A stretch of 34,840 nucleotides of DNA from Anaerolineaceae bacterium (lineage in GTDB: Bacteria > Chloroflexota > Anaerolineae > Anaerolineales > Anaerolineaceae), in contig DATIUL010000112.1 in NCBI GenBank assembly GCA_035466865.1, positions 1 to 34,840 on the forward strand, in the 5' to 3' direction. The notes beneath the pieces were generated by a model. That model did no database searches and was not told where the DNA came from. It saw nothing but the letters and a program-made list of their open reading frames with translations. Within the stretch, counting starts at the first letter, position 1, and every line of letters begins with the position of its first letter. Below, one piece after another: positions 8,888 through 20,892 of the stretch. A program made the translations under genes and the position numbers.

Positions 8888-10831
8888 ATGAAACGTACAA
8901 TGATAGTTCTTTCCATCGTGATCGTGCTCAGCATGATCCTTGGGGCTTGTGTTCAACCCACAGCCGCCCCAACCGCCGCACCAGTTGTTGAACCTACCAA
9001 AGCCCCCGTCGTCGAACCTACCAAGGCACCCGTCGTTGAGCCAACGGTAGCTCCAACTGAGGCACCCGTTGCCACCGAAGCCCCCGTGGTAGAAGTCAAA
9101 GCTGGCGATACAGTTCTTCCCCGCAATGAGACCCTGTACTTCAACGGTCAGCAGTGGGGCACCGTCGTTGGCTGGAACCCCTATTCATCCAGCAACAATA
9201 ACGCCCTGGCGATTGCAGCTCAGGATAATGCCCGCGTCATCATGTTTGAGACACCTTATATTTACAACATGATGGACGGCAAGCAGTATCCACTCCTCGC
9301 TGATGGGGATTACGCCTGGAACGAGGCTGGCACTGAGATTACCTTCAAGATGAATGCCGCTGCAAAATGGAATGACGGCACCCCTGTAACTGCTGATGAT
9401 GTTGCCTATACCTGGGCTTCCCACATCAAGTACAACACCGGCGCTGCTGTTTCCAATAAGGATTACATTGAAACTATTGAAGCTGTTGACCCCACTACAG
9501 TGGTTGTCAAAGCAAAACTTGGGGAAGACGGGAAACCTGTCAACAGCATGATCGTCAAGGCTTACCTGAGCACAAACTATGTCATCCAAAAAGCATGGAC
9601 TGAAATCCTTGAAGCACGCATCGGCACAGAGACTGATAAATTCCTGACCGATCCTGCTGAGGATGTTGCTTACTCCGGACCTTACGGAAAATTCTTCTCT
9701 GATGACAGCAAGGTCGTCTACATCCGTAACGACAACTATTGGGGACAGGATGCCTCTATGTGGGGAAAACTGCCCGCGCCTAAGTACCTTGCCCACATCA
9801 TCTACAAGGACAATGCTGCTGGTACCACTGCCCTCCAGGCTGGCGAAGTTGATGTTTCACAACAATTCAACTCCAATGTCCAGGATTTCTGGCTGAAAGA
9901 CAACCTGCCGATTTCGACCTACCTTCCCGAAGCTCCCTACGGCATCGGCGCAAGCCTCCCGACCGCCTTCTTTAACCTTGCTGTACCCGGTCTGGATCAA
10001 GTTGCCATCCGCAAGGCAATTGCCATGGCAGTCGATTACGACACCATTATCGCCAACGCCATGACCAACCAATCTGCTACTTTCACCCAGGTTCCTCGTT
10101 CACTGATGAACCCAACTCCAGGCGAACAGGCTATGTATGATCAAGCAGCCGTTGCGGATCTGCAGTGGGCCGGAAACGACATCGAAGGCGCCAACAAGCT
10201 GCTGGATGATGCTGGCATCAAGGACACCAATGGCGATGGAAACCGTGAATTCAACGGCAAGGAATTGGCCTTCCAGGCTCTTTGCCCGAATGGCTGGTCC
10301 GACTGGCAAGCGGCTATGGAAGTTGTAGCAGCTGCTGGTGCCAAGATTGGCATCAATATCACCACCAACTTCCCCGAATGGGGCGTCTACCAAACTGTTG
10401 TGACCAACTGGCCGCTGCAGGAAGGTTATGACATCTTCATGATGTGGTCTGATGGTGCTGGCCCCACCCAACCCTGGAGCCGTACTCAGAAGATCTTGCA
10501 CAGCATGTTTGCTGAAACCACGAACAACTGGAACGGAAACTACGGTGGATACAAGAACCCTGCAGCTGACGCTCTGATTGATGAAATCGCGAAAATCGCT
10601 GATGCAGATAAGATCAAAGCCAATTACACTGAATTGGTCAAGATTTATCTGACCGACGTACCTTCCTTCACCCTGATGTATCGCCCGCAGTCCTTCCATA
10701 CAGTCAACGAGAGTGTCTGGACGAACTTCCCGTACGAAGGTGATGGCACAGACCCAGCTGTACCTCCCTTGGATCTCACCGATGGTTACAGTATTGCCGG
10801 CCTCTACAATTTGACTCTGGTCAACCCATAA
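8888..10831 (+). CDS. ABC transporter substrate-binding lipoprotein, family 5 (Opp/Dpp type), probably oligosaccharide-binding
   Basis: 647-aa ORF with AAGGAG upstream. Signal peptide has a lipobox (MILGAC), followed by a repetitive Pro/Val/Thr/Ala linker. The family-5-like core includes [16 protein letters not shown]. Confidence 0.85.
   Translation: MKRTMIVLSIVIVLSMILGACVQPTAAPTAAPVVEPTKAPVVEPTKAPVVEPTVAPTEAPVATEAPVVEVKAGDTVLPRNETLYFNGQQWGTVVGWNPYSSSNNNALAIAAQDNARVIMFETPYIYNMMDGKQYPLLADGDYAWNEAGTEITFKMNAAAKWNDGTPVTADDVAYTWASHIKYNTGAAVSNKDYIETIEAVDPTTVVVKAKLGEDGKPVNSMIVKAYLSTNYVIQKAWTEILEARIGTETDKFLTDPAEDVAYSGPYGKFFSDDSKVVYIRNDNYWGQDASMWGKLPAPKYLAHIIYKDNAAGTTALQAGEVDVSQQFNSNVQDFWLKDNLPISTYLPEAPYGIGASLPTAFFNLAVPGLDQVAIRKAIAMAVDYDTIIANAMTNQSATFTQVPRSLMNPTPGEQAMYDQAAVADLQWAGNDIEGANKLLDDAGIKDTNGDGNREFNGKELAFQALCPNGWSDWQAAMEVVAAAGAKIGINITTNFPEWGVYQTVVTNWPLQEGYDIFMMWSDGAGPTQPWSRTQKILHSMFAETTNNWNGNYGGYKNPAADALIDEIAKIADADKIKANYTELVKIYLTDVPSFTLMYRPQSFHTVNESVWTNFPYEGDGTDPAVPPLDLTDGYSIAGLYNLTLVNP
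8978..9049 (+). repeat. Three imperfect 24-nt in-frame tandem repeats encoding APVVEPTK-type linker units
   Basis: Units at 8978-9001, 9002-9025 and 9026-9049. Degenerate copies continue to about 9097. The repeat lies inside the binding-protein CDS. Confidence 0.8.
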
Positions 10832-10847
10832 CATAATCAGTACTTTA

Positions 10848-10879
10848 GAGCCATGTTCCGCAACCGCGGAACATGGCTC
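10848..10879 (+). promoter_or_regulatory. Perfect 14-bp intercistronic stem-loop between the binding-protein and permease genes
   Basis: GAGCCATGTTCCGC (10848-10861), AACC loop, GCGGAACATGGCTC (10866-10879). No T-tract follows. Confidence 0.7.
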
Positions 10880-10910
10880 ACTTCAATAGGGGCGGGGAAG
10901 GGAGTCAGTC

Positions 10911-11915
10911 TTGAAAGGTTACTGGAAGTATTTCAGAAAAAAACTGCTGTGGTTGCTGATCACGACAATTTTCGCGTTTGTTTTGAACTTTTTGCTTCCA
11001 AGGCTGATGCCGGGCGACCCGGTTGCCGGAATTGTTTCGCGACTTGCCCAGGGTATGTCAACAACCACGGGGGTCAAGGAAATTTATGAGAACTACGCCG
11101 AACAATTTGGCATCAACAAACCGATAATTGAACAGTTCATCATCTATGTTCGAAATGTTTTCAGAGGGGAGTTTGGCGTTTCATTCACCCAATTCCCACG
11201 GCCTGTATCAGATATTCTCAGGTCGGCGGTTACCTGGACGATAGCTCTGCAGTTGCCCGCCGTCATTGTTGGTTGGATCCTGGGTAACACACTGGGCGCG
11301 GTGGCAGCCTACCGCAAGGGGCCATTTGATAAAGCTTTACTACCGCTGAGTATATTAATCAGTAATTTCCCCGCTTTTGGCATGGCAGTGATCCTTTTAG
11401 TTGTGTTTTCTGTCAAGCTCAGGTGGTTTCCAACTTCTGGGGGTTATGGTTTTGACATGATACCCACTCTCAGCTGGGGTTTCATTGCATCCGTTTTGCA
11501 TCATTATGTTTTGCCATTCCTGTCGATTGTGTTAATCACCATTGGTGGTCAGGCGATAGGCATGCGCTCCATGGCGATTTACGAACTAAATGCCGATTAC
11601 GTAAAGTATTCCCGCTTTATGGGCATTAAGGATAACCAAATTGTCAGATACGTATTCAGAAATGCCATGCTGCCCCAGTTAACAGGGTTAGCACTCTCAA
11701 TAGGCACGATGGTGGGAGGGTCGATTGTCGCTGAAACGATTTTCAGCTATCCCGGTTTAGGTACAACTATCCTTTCTGCCATTAAGGGGCAGGACTACCC
11801 GCTTGTTTCTGCCGTAACTTTGATTATTACGATTATGGTTTTGATTGTGAACTTCCTCGTAGAAGTATTCTACGGTTTTGTTGATCCTCGCATCCGTGCG
11901 ACCCAGGCTGAATAA
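10911..11915 (+). CDS. ABC transporter permease (OppB/DppB type)
   Basis: 334-aa ORF with TTG start after GGGGAAGGGAG. Six hydrophobic segments and the conserved cytoplasmic loop [26 protein letters not shown]. Confidence 0.85.
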   Translation: MKGYWKYFRKKLLWLLITTIFAFVLNFLLPRLMPGDPVAGIVSRLAQGMSTTTGVKEIYENYAEQFGINKPIIEQFIIYVRNVFRGEFGVSFTQFPRPVSDILRSAVTWTIALQLPAVIVGWILGNTLGAVAAYRKGPFDKALLPLSILISNFPAFGMAVILLVVFSVKLRWFPTSGGYGFDMIPTLSWGFIASVLHHYVLPFLSIVLITIGGQAIGMRSMAIYELNADYVKYSRFMGIKDNQIVRYVFRNAMLPQLTGLALSIGTMVGGSIVAETIFSYPGLGTTILSAIKGQDYPLVSAVTLIITIMVLIVNFLVEVFYGFVDPRIRATQAE

Positions 11916-11927
11916 GGAGGGGCACCG

Positions 11928-13175
<1,248 letters not shown>

Positions 13176-13182
13176 GTGTTGC

Positions 13183-14190
13183 ATGGGAAAAATCATCCTA
13201 CAGGTAAATAACCTTAAAACCAAGTACATAACGCGCTATAACGAAGACGTCTACGCCGTCAACGATGTCTCACTAGAAGTAGAAGAGGGGAAATCCCTTG
13301 GGATCGCGGGCGAGTCGGGCTGCGGTAAGTCCACATTGGCACTCAGCCTGATGGGTTATTACTTTGCGCCTTTGCACTACGTTAGCGGGGACATTGTCAT
13401 CGACGGCAAGAATATCTCCAGTCTTGATGCGGATGTGGTCAGGCAATCCGTACTGGGTAAGGAGATTGCTTACATTCCGCAATCCGCCATGAATGCGCTA
13501 AACCCAACTCGCAAGATCATCAATTTTATTGAGGATGTTGTCCTGGCACATGAGCCGAAAACGGACAAGAAGGAAATTCGTCAACTTGCCGAGACACGCT
13601 TTGAACTATTGGGGTTGCCAAAATCTGTTCTGGATCACTACCCTGTGGAGCTCTCGGGAGGCATGAAGCAGCGCACAGTCATCGCGATTTCGGTCTTCCT
13701 TTCCCCAAAAATTCTGATCGCGGATGAACCTTCATCAGCACTGGATGTCTCCAGCCAGAAAATGGTCATCAAGATGCTTTTGGACCTGATGGACCGGGGC
13801 TTGGTCAAATCTATGATTTTCATCACCCATGAGTTGCCGCTGCTTTATAACGTCACAGACGACATCATGGTCATGTATGCGGGCCAAATTGTGGAAAAAG
13901 GCTCAGCTCATCAAACAGTCTTTGACCCCCTGCATCCATATGCCAAAGGTCTGATGGGCTCGATCATCGTACCCGAGGCTGGCGTACGCAACGCCAAACT
14001 TTCCTCAATTCCAGGCGTTCCCCCCAACCTAAAGCATCCCCCTCAGGGCTGTCAATTTGCTGAACGCTGCAAGTATGTCGTGCCTGAATGTAAGACGCAC
14101 GAGATCTCAATGCGTCCGGCAGAAGGTGACCGCGCTTACCGCTGCATTTTCGGCGAGGATGTGTTAAGAAAGGCGTATAGCAATGGCTGA
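13183..14190 (+). CDS. ABC transporter ATP-binding protein (OppD/DppD type)
   Basis: Walker [10 protein letters not shown], signature LSGGMKQR, Walker B ILIADEP. The Cys-containing C-terminal Opp-type extension is present ([14 protein letters not shown]). Confidence 0.9.
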   Translation: MGKIILQVNNLKTKYITRYNEDVYAVNDVSLEVEEGKSLGIAGESGCGKSTLALSLMGYYFAPLHYVSGDIVIDGKNISSLDADVVRQSVLGKEIAYIPQSAMNALNPTRKIINFIEDVVLAHEPKTDKKEIRQLAETRFELLGLPKSVLDHYPVELSGGMKQRTVIAISVFLSPKILIADEPSSALDVSSQKMVIKMLLDLMDRGLVKSMIFITHELPLLYNVTDDIMVMYAGQIVEKGSAHQTVFDPLHPYAKGLMGSIIVPEAGVRNAKLSSIPGVPPNLKHPPQGCQFAERCKYVVPECKTHEISMRPAEGDRAYRCIFGEDVLRKAYSNG

Positions 14191-15010
14191 AGAAATCTGT
14201 GAAGCCTGTCTGAGTGGTACTAATCTCACCAAAATCTACGCTTTTGGGAAATCCCGTACGGTGGCAGTGGATAACATCAATTTTTGTTTCAATGCCGGCA
14301 AAGTGGTTTCAATTGTGGGCGAATCAGGCAGTGGGAAGACGACGCTTGCAAAAATGCTGCTGGGTTTGACCAGCGTGACCTCGGGTCAAATCCACTTCCG
14401 TGGAAAGCCCTTGGATATCAGCTCACCCAGGAAACGCAAGGAATACTGGAAATCGATTCAAGCCATTTTTCAGGATCCCTACTCGTCCTACAATATTTTT
14501 ACCAAAATCGATGACGTGCTTTTGGACTGTATTAACCTGTGTGGTGGCGGCAAACTTCCCAAAGCGGAAAAATTGGCAATGATGGAAGAAGCCTGCCGCT
14601 TTGTCAATCTCAAGTTCGCTGAGCTCACCAACAAGTACCCGTTCGAGCTCTCTGGTGGTCAGATGCAACGCTTGATGATTGCACGCGTCTTTTTACTGAA
14701 GCCCCAAATCCTGCTGGCGGATGAACCAACTTCGATGATTGATGCTTGCAGTCGCGCAACCATCCTGGAGATGCTGCTCAAGCTGCGCGATGAAATCAAT
14801 ATGACCCTGATCTTCATCACCCACGATATTGGCCTGGCTTACTACATTTCGGACGAAGTCTACATCATGGAGCATGGCAAAATTGTGGAGTGTGGTGACG
14901 CTGACGAAGTAATACTTCATCCCCAGGAAGCCTACACCAAGCGTTTGATCAACGATGTCCCCAAGATTTATGAACCCTGGGATCTTTCCACTGTCGACTA
15001 CCATCTCTGA
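14183..15010 (+). CDS. ABC transporter ATP-binding protein (OppF/DppF type)
   Basis: 8-nt overlap with the upstream gene. Walker [10 protein letters not shown], signature LSGGQMQR, Walker B ILLADEP. Confidence 0.9.
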   Translation: MAEEICEACLSGTNLTKIYAFGKSRTVAVDNINFCFNAGKVVSIVGESGSGKTTLAKMLLGLTSVTSGQIHFRGKPLDISSPRKRKEYWKSIQAIFQDPYSSYNIFTKIDDVLLDCINLCGGGKLPKAEKLAMMEEACRFVNLKFAELTNKYPFELSGGQMQRLMIARVFLLKPQILLADEPTSMIDACSRATILEMLLKLRDEINMTLIFITHDIGLAYYISDEVYIMEHGKIVECGDADEVILHPQEAYTKRLINDVPKIYEPWDLSTVDYHL

Positions 15011-15037
15011 GATTGGGAGTTAAAGCGACAGCGCGGT

Positions 15038-15895
15038 ATGCAACCAGGATCGACCAACCGACTTTTAGGATACCCCGAAGATCAGCGTCTGCTTATTTTG
15101 AATGCCGATGATTTTGGCATGTGCCATGCCGTTAACCAGGGCATTATCGATGTGCTTGAGGCGGGGATTATCCGCTCCACCAGCCTGATGGTATGCACTG
15201 CATGGGCAAACGAGGCTGCTCAGTATCTGAGGCAGCACCCCGAGGTCCATTTTGGCGTCCACCTGACCGCGGTTTGCGACTCACCTCTCTACAACTGGGG
15301 TCCTTGCTTGCCTGTTGACCAGGTGCCAGCACTGGTTACACCGCAGGGGCGTTTTTGGGAATTTGAAGACTTTCACAACTATGAAAGGTCCGGTTTTTTA
15401 CCCCAACTGGAGCTTGAATTTCGCAAGCAAATCCACTTGGCTTACGAACTGGGATTGCAGCCTGACCATCTGGATTGGCACTCCATCCGCTTAAACAAAA
15501 AGACAGAGGTCTTCACAATGTTGCTCCGTCTCGCGCGTGAATTCAAACTGCCCTTACGTACCTTTGGGGTAGGAAATATCAAGAAGGTGCAGGCGTTGGG
15601 CTTACCCTGCAATGATTATGATTTGATGGATAGCTATGTGATTAGGCCCACCGGGCAGCCAGAGTGTTACAAGGAACTGGCAAAAGAAATCAAGCCAGGC
15701 CTGAACGAGTGGGCGATCCATCCGGGCATCGCCAATGAAGAATTAATGGCAATTGACCCAACAAGCCGGGGGATCCGGCAGCGGGATCACGATTATTGGA
15801 TCTCGCCTGCTGCCCGACAGGATTTGGATGACCAAAACGCATTGGTCCTCGATTACACCGCACTGCAACCATTCTGGCAATACCTGGAGGCGTAA
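15038..15895 (+). CDS. YdjC/ChbG family carbohydrate deacetylase
   Basis: 285-aa ORF. N-terminal LILNADDFGMCHAVNQGI and FGVHLT are characteristic of the YdjC family. Confidence 0.75.
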   Translation: MQPGSTNRLLGYPEDQRLLILNADDFGMCHAVNQGIIDVLEAGIIRSTSLMVCTAWANEAAQYLRQHPEVHFGVHLTAVCDSPLYNWGPCLPVDQVPALVTPQGRFWEFEDFHNYERSGFLPQLELEFRKQIHLAYELGLQPDHLDWHSIRLNKKTEVFTMLLRLAREFKLPLRTFGVGNIKKVQALGLPCNDYDLMDSYVIRPTGQPECYKELAKEIKPGLNEWAIHPGIANEELMAIDPTSRGIRQRDHDYWISPAARQDLDDQNALVLDYTALQPFWQYLEA

Positions 15896-18357
15896 TGATT
15901 ATTCAAGATTTGACTGGGGCGTGGCAATTCAGGCAGGCAGGTTCCCAAGATTGGCTGCCCGCAACTGTTCCCGGAGGCGTGCATACGGACTTGATGGCGC
16001 TGGAATATATTCCAGACCCTTTTGACGGGGATAATGAGGCCAAAGTGCAATGGGTGGCGGAGGCCGATTGGGAGTATCAGCTCTTGTTTACCCCCAAGGC
16101 AGATCTGCTGAACCAAGCCCATATTGAACTGGTCTGTGACGGCCTGGATACGCTGGCCGAGCTCAGTCTGAACGGTGAATTGCTTGGTAAGGCCGATAAT
16201 ATGTTCCGCCAGTATCGCTTCGATCTCAGGCCTTTGTTAAAAGAGGGCGCAAATCAGCTTGCAATTAAGTTTGCTTCACCAGTGTGTTATTGTGCTGAAC
16301 GCCAGGCTCAGGAACCCATGGTTGGGGTAAGCCAGGCACTGGTGGGGGGTCCGCATCTGCGCAAAGCACCCTGCCAGTTTGGTTGGGACTGGGGCCCGCA
16401 GCTGCCTCCTATCGGCATCTGGAAAAACATCCGATTGGAGGCCTGGCCGGAAGCCAGGTTCGAAGACGTACACCTGCGCCAAAAACATGATAGTGGAAAG
16501 GTGACGGTCTCAGCCAGACTTGTTATTACTCGGCCAGTGGCCGGGTACCTGGCGCATCTTGAAGTGACGTCGCCTGATGGGGGCCAGGTATTGAAAGCAG
16601 AAACACCGTTTGAGGGCACCGATGGTTTGCTTGAGGTTGAGATTGATCAGCCCCAACTCTGGTGGCCAAACGGTTATGGCACCCAGCCACTCTACGATGT
16701 CAAGATTAGCCTCGAAAAAGAGGCTATGCTTCTAGACCAACGCCAATACAAATTGGGCTTGCGCACCATCGACCTCATTCAGGAACCTGACGAGTGGGGT
16801 GAGAGTTTCAAATTCGCCGTCAATGGCATTAATATCTTTGCCAAAGGCTCCAACTGGATTCCAACCGATTCCTTCCCAACCCGCATCACTCGGCACAAAC
16901 TTGAGCAACTATTGGGTGACGCGGTGAGGGTAAATCAAAACATGCTCAGAGTCTGGGGCGGGGGCTTCTACGAGTCCGAAGAATTTTATGACCTCTGCGA
17001 TCAGTATGGCATCTTGGTCTGGCAGGATTTCATCTTCTCCTGCAGTATGTATCCACTTGGTGTACCTGGCTTCCTTGAGAACGTTCATGAGGAGGTTGTG
17101 CAAAACACGCGCCGTTTGCGCCATCGTACCAGTTTGGCCTTGTGGTGTGGCAATAATGAGATGGAAGAAGGTTGGGTGGATTGGCAGTGGGACAAATCCA
17201 AATTTGGCTATCTGGAAGAAGCCTATGACCGCTTTTTCCACCATCAGCTCAAAGATTGGTGCCAGAATGAAGACCCCGACCGGCCATATTGGCCAAGCTC
17301 GCCCTCCTCGGGCACACCCTTCAAAAATCCCAACGGACAGGAACGCGGAGACGCGCATTATTGGCAGGTTTGGCACGGCCGTCAGCCTTTCACGGCCTAT
17401 CGCCAGCAATTCCCGCGCTTCATGAGCGAATTTGGTTTCCAGTCATTGCCGCCCATGCGCACGGTGCACAGCTATGCCAGCCAGGCGGACTTGAACATGA
17501 CCTCTTATATTATGGAGGGGCATCAGAAAAATCAACGTGGCAATGAATTGATTGTCAGCCAGATGCTGGACCAATACCGCCTACCCAAGGATTTTGAGTC
17601 TTTGGATTATTTGAGCATGGTTTTGCAAGCTAATGGCATTCGCTATGGGGTTGAACACTGGCGGCGCCACAGCCACCGGGTGGCCGGCACGCTGTATTGG
17701 CAGTTGAATGACTGCTGGCCGGTAGCATCCTGGTCAAGCCTGGATTATTTCGGGCGCTGGAAAGCGCTGCATTATGCCGCACGCCACTTTTACGCGCCTG
17801 TACTACTCTCGATTGAGGATGAGGGCTTGTTGCAAAAGGTGTTCGTTACCAACGATTCCCTTCAGTCAGTAGCTGGGACGGTGCAAATACGAGCTGAAAG
17901 TTTGGCTGGGCAGGCACTTCATACTGCAGAATACACCATTGAAGTGGAACCCCAGGTAGTTAACAAAGTCTGCGAACTTGACTGCAGCCTCTTTGTGACT
18001 GGGGACTTACTGAGAGAGACCGTATTTATTGCCGAATTCTGGCAAGCAGGGCAATTGGTTGAACGGAAAACTGCTTTCTTCGCGCCGATTAAGCACCTCG
18101 CCCTGGCTGACCCCGGCATCAGCGCGACAGTCGAAATTGAGGACGGTGAGGCAAGAGTCACCCTTAAGGCGGAAACACTGGCTCTGCAGGTTCAAGTAGG
18201 TTTTGAAGGCTTGGATTGCGTCTTTAGCGATAATTACTTTGACCTACCTGCCAATACACCAATCAGCCTTAGTACCCGACTGCCTCAAGAAATTAGCGCG
18301 GAAGTTTTGCAGTCACTTTTGCGTGTTCAGACGATTTACGACTCTTACGCACATTGA
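15895..18357 (+). CDS. Glycoside hydrolase family 2, beta-mannosidase-like (exo-beta-glucosaminidase not excluded)
   Basis: 820-aa ORF. ATG overlaps the upstream TAA by 1 nt. N-terminus is WQFRQ...WLPATVPGGVHTDL...IPDPF. Acid/base motif is LWCGNNE and nucleophile motif is FMSEFGFQS. Confidence 0.8.
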   Translation: MIIQDLTGAWQFRQAGSQDWLPATVPGGVHTDLMALEYIPDPFDGDNEAKVQWVAEADWEYQLLFTPKADLLNQAHIELVCDGLDTLAELSLNGELLGKADNMFRQYRFDLRPLLKEGANQLAIKFASPVCYCAERQAQEPMVGVSQALVGGPHLRKAPCQFGWDWGPQLPPIGIWKNIRLEAWPEARFEDVHLRQKHDSGKVTVSARLVITRPVAGYLAHLEVTSPDGGQVLKAETPFEGTDGLLEVEIDQPQLWWPNGYGTQPLYDVKISLEKEAMLLDQRQYKLGLRTIDLIQEPDEWGESFKFAVNGINIFAKGSNWIPTDSFPTRITRHKLEQLLGDAVRVNQNMLRVWGGGFYESEEFYDLCDQYGILVWQDFIFSCSMYPLGVPGFLENVHEEVVQNTRRLRHRTSLALWCGNNEMEEGWVDWQWDKSKFGYLEEAYDRFFHHQLKDWCQNEDPDRPYWPSSPSSGTPFKNPNGQERGDAHYWQVWHGRQPFTAYRQQFPRFMSEFGFQSLPPMRTVHSYASQADLNMTSYIMEGHQKNQRGNELIVSQMLDQYRLPKDFESLDYLSMVLQANGIRYGVEHWRRHSHRVAGTLYWQLNDCWPVASWSSLDYFGRWKALHYAARHFYAPVLLSIEDEGLLQKVFVTNDSLQSVAGTVQIRAESLAGQALHTAEYTIEVEPQVVNKVCELDCSLFVTGDLLRETVFIAEFWQAGQLVERKTAFFAPIKHLALADPGISATVEIEDGEARVTLKAETLALQVQVGFEGLDCVFSDNYFDLPANTPISLSTRLPQEISAEVLQSLLRVQTIYDSYAH

Positions 18358-18373
18358 AAGGCAGAGAAAAATT

Positions 18374-20650
18374 ATGAAACCAGACCTTGCACAAATCATC
18401 AAAGGAATGACTCTCGAAGAAAAAGCTGCCCTCTCCATTGGCGCGCACTTCATGTCTACAACTCCCATCGAACACCTGGGCATACCCGAAGTTACGTGTA
18501 GCGATGGCCCGCATGGCGTGCGCCGTATGCCAGACCCCCACTCCGCAGAAGGCAAGAGCCTGCCTGCCACCGCTTTCCCAACGGCCTCCACCGCGGCTTC
18601 AACGTGGAATCTGGATCTGATTGAACGCGAAGGTGAAGCACTGGGCGAAGAGTGTAATGCCTTTGGGATTGACATTTTGCTGGGACCTGGCGTGTGCATG
18701 AAACGCTCTCCCCTTTGCGGACGGAATTTCGAGTACTTCTCTGAGGACCCATATCTTGCCGGCAAATTGGCAGCGGCTTGGATTAAAGGAATGCAGCACA
18801 AAGGCGCAGGAACCTCCATCAAGCATTATGCAGCCAATAACCAGGAGTTCCACCGCATGTTCGTGGATGCACAGATTGATGAACGCACCCTGCGTGAAAT
18901 TTATCTCACTGCCTTTGAAATTGCCATCAAAGAAGCTCAGCCGTGGACGGTGATGTGCTCTTACAACCGTGTTAATGGTGCTTATGCTTCCGAAAGTTAC
19001 AAACTGCTCACCGAGATCCTTAGGAACGAATGGGGATTTGAAGGCTTCGTGATGTCGGACTGGGGTGCCGTGCATGACCGCGTGGCAGCCCTCAAAGGTG
19101 GTTTGGACCTTGAAATGCCTGGTCCCCAACCCGCCCGCGTGCAAGAAGTCATCGCCGCGGTGAAGGATGGCAGCTTGGATGAGGCTGTATTGGACGAATC
19201 CGTCCGGCGTATCCTGCGCATAGCCTTCAAATCCAAGGAAAAGCGCAAGAACAAATCCTACAGCCAGGTCGAACATCACGCCTTGGCCCGTGAGATTGCC
19301 AGCGAAGGCATCGTGTTACTGAAGAATGCAGATATATTGCCCTTCAAGGGAGTTAAGTCAATCGCGGTCATTGGCCGCACAGCTCTTAAACCCTTCTTTG
19401 AAGGGGGCGGCAGCTCCAATGTGCGAGCAAGCGAAATTGACAGCCCCATGGATGCTTTCGAAGAAGTTGCCCCACAGGTTGCCTTTACCCAGGTGCAGGG
19501 TTGCCCCGAAGAACGCGAGGAACAGCCTGACCTTATAAAGGAAGCAGTAGATGCTGCCAAGGCAGCAGACGCAGCCTTACTGATGTTAGCGCTACCCCAA
19601 TGGGATGAATCGGAAGGCTACGACCGCCTGGATCTCAACCTGACAGCTCACCAAATCGCCCTGATTAAGGCAGTTGCCAAAGCCCAACCGAAGACTGTAG
19701 TTGTCATCAACGGTGGCGCACCGGTGGTCATGCAGGAATGGATTGACATGGTGCCAGGCCTATTGCAGGCTGGGATGTTTGGCCAGGGAGGCGCATCCCC
19801 ACTGGCAGATATTTTGTTTGGGCGCCTCAACCCAAGTGGAAAACTTGCTGAAACTTACCCAATTAATCTGGAAGATACCCCCGCCTACCTTAATTGGCCG
19901 GGTGAAAACGGGGTGGTGCGCTACGGCGAAGGCTTGTTCATCGGTTATCGTTATTATGATGCCAAGAAAATGCCGGTGCAGTTCCCGTTTGGGTATGGGC
20001 TCAGTTTCACCAGTTTTGCCTATGGTGAACCCAAACTGAGCGCGCAGTCTATTAAGGCAGACGACACTCTGACCGTCAGCTTTGAAGTTACCAACACGGG
20101 CAAGATGGCCGGCAAGGAAGCTGTTCAGCTTTACGTGCGGCCGCTGCAAAGCAAGTTGGTTCGCCCGGTTAAGGAACTTAAAGGCTTTGCCAAGCTTAGT
20201 CTGCAACCTGGTGAGACCAAAACCGCTGAGATTAAGTTGAGCCGGCGTGCTTTTGCCTATTACCATCCGGTCCACAAAGATTGGGTGGTGGATGATGGCC
20301 AATATGAACTGTTGATTGGTTCTTCCAGTGCAGATATTCGTACCAGGGCTGAGGTCACAGTTGTTGAGAACAAAAAACTGCCATCCTTGTTGCACGCTGA
20401 ATCAACTTTGCGCGAATGGGGCGCAGACCCAAGGGGTAAGCCGATAATTGAGGCATTCATGGCTACGATGGCAGCCCTTCAGCCTCCCAAAGAAGTAAAA
20501 CCAGATAGCGAGCGCGAGGCGATTGATATCTTTATGGATTTCATGCTTCCCGATATGCCCCTCAGGGACGTGCTGCAGTTTGTGAACCCCGATCCGAAAC
20601 GCTCTGCCCAGCAGGTTGTTGAGGATATGCTCGCGAAGGTCAAGAAGTAA
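18374..20650 (+). CDS. Glycoside hydrolase family 3, beta-glucosidase/BglX type with C-terminal Fn3-like domain
   Basis: The ORF track start (18203) overlaps the GH2 3' end, so ATG 18374 (MKPDLAQIIKGMTLEEKAAL) is preferred. Motifs: KHYAANNQE and GFVMSDWGA (nucleophile Asp). A C-terminal beta-sandwich region follows. Confidence 0.85.
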   Translation: MKPDLAQIIKGMTLEEKAALSIGAHFMSTTPIEHLGIPEVTCSDGPHGVRRMPDPHSAEGKSLPATAFPTASTAASTWNLDLIEREGEALGEECNAFGIDILLGPGVCMKRSPLCGRNFEYFSEDPYLAGKLAAAWIKGMQHKGAGTSIKHYAANNQEFHRMFVDAQIDERTLREIYLTAFEIAIKEAQPWTVMCSYNRVNGAYASESYKLLTEILRNEWGFEGFVMSDWGAVHDRVAALKGGLDLEMPGPQPARVQEVIAAVKDGSLDEAVLDESVRRILRIAFKSKEKRKNKSYSQVEHHALAREIASEGIVLLKNADILPFKGVKSIAVIGRTALKPFFEGGGSSNVRASEIDSPMDAFEEVAPQVAFTQVQGCPEEREEQPDLIKEAVDAAKAADAALLMLALPQWDESEGYDRLDLNLTAHQIALIKAVAKAQPKTVVVINGGAPVVMQEWIDMVPGLLQAGMFGQGGASPLADILFGRLNPSGKLAETYPINLEDTPAYLNWPGENGVVRYGEGLFIGYRYYDAKKMPVQFPFGYGLSFTSFAYGEPKLSAQSIKADDTLTVSFEVTNTGKMAGKEAVQLYVRPLQSKLVRPVKELKGFAKLSLQPGETKTAEIKLSRRAFAYYHPVHKDWVVDDGQYELLIGSSSADIRTRAEVTVVENKKLPSLLHAESTLREWGADPRGKPIIEAFMATMAALQPPKEVKPDSEREAIDIFMDFMLPDMPLRDVLQFVNPDPKRSAQQVVEDMLAKVKK

Positions 20651-20685
20651 ATTGTGATAGCGCAATAAATTGATCAAGTTCCAAC

Positions 20686-20716
20686 CATCGAGGTGTTGGA
20701 ATACAACACCTCGATG
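20686..20716 (+). terminator. Candidate terminator hairpin after the GH3 gene
   Basis: Perfect 12-bp stem CATCGAGGTGTT / AACACCTCGATG with a 7-nt loop, 36 nt after the stop. No clean T-tract follows. Confidence 0.4.
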
Positions 20717-20883
20717 ACTGATTTACCAGAATTTTGGGTAAGGATTCTGGGAAAAACTTGTATTACTTAGTGAGGAACATATACGATCCGCAGACGTCCT
20801 AAGAATGAACTTGAACACAAAAATTGATTTTGACCAGATGGTCTAATAAAATTTTGACAATTCTACTTTGCGGAGGCGCGAAA

Positions 20884-20892
20884 TGCTAAAAT
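20884..20892 (+). promoter_or_regulatory. Extended -10-like element TGCTAAAAT (a TATAAT lies at 20895-20900)
   Basis: This is the same 9-mer as at 28341 and 31694. No good -35 lies at 16-18 nt. It sits about 130 nt upstream of the ABC exporter start. Confidence 0.35.

Noticed and set aside
8978-9097. Tandem repeats considered as a CRISPR or minisatellite array
   Set aside because: The units are contiguous with no spacers, in frame, and encode a Pro-rich protein linker.
9185-10834. Minus-strand ORFs of 203 aa (9185-9796) and 244 aa (10100-10834)
   Set aside because: They are antisense to the family-5 binding-protein gene. They have no ribosome sites or motifs, and the plus-strand frame carries the clear family signature.
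10853-11089. 78-aa plus-strand ORF overlapping the first permease gene's start
   Set aside because: It begins inside the intercistronic hairpin and is out of frame with a well-supported permease. It has no motifs.
18203-18373. 57-codon N-terminal extension of the GH3 ORF
   Set aside because: It overlaps the 3' end of the GH2 gene in another frame and encodes no signal peptide or domain. ATG 18374 gives the canonical GH3 N-terminus.
18599-20395. Minus-strand ORFs of 226 aa (18599-19279) and 211 aa (19760-20395)
   Set aside because: They are antisense shadows of the GH3 gene.
20803-20818. TGAAC-TTGAACAC, resembling the TTTTGAACA repeats at 28321-28339, as a shared regulator site
   Set aside because: Only a 7-8-nt core is shared and it resembles a generic -35 hexamer, which is too little to claim a common motif.
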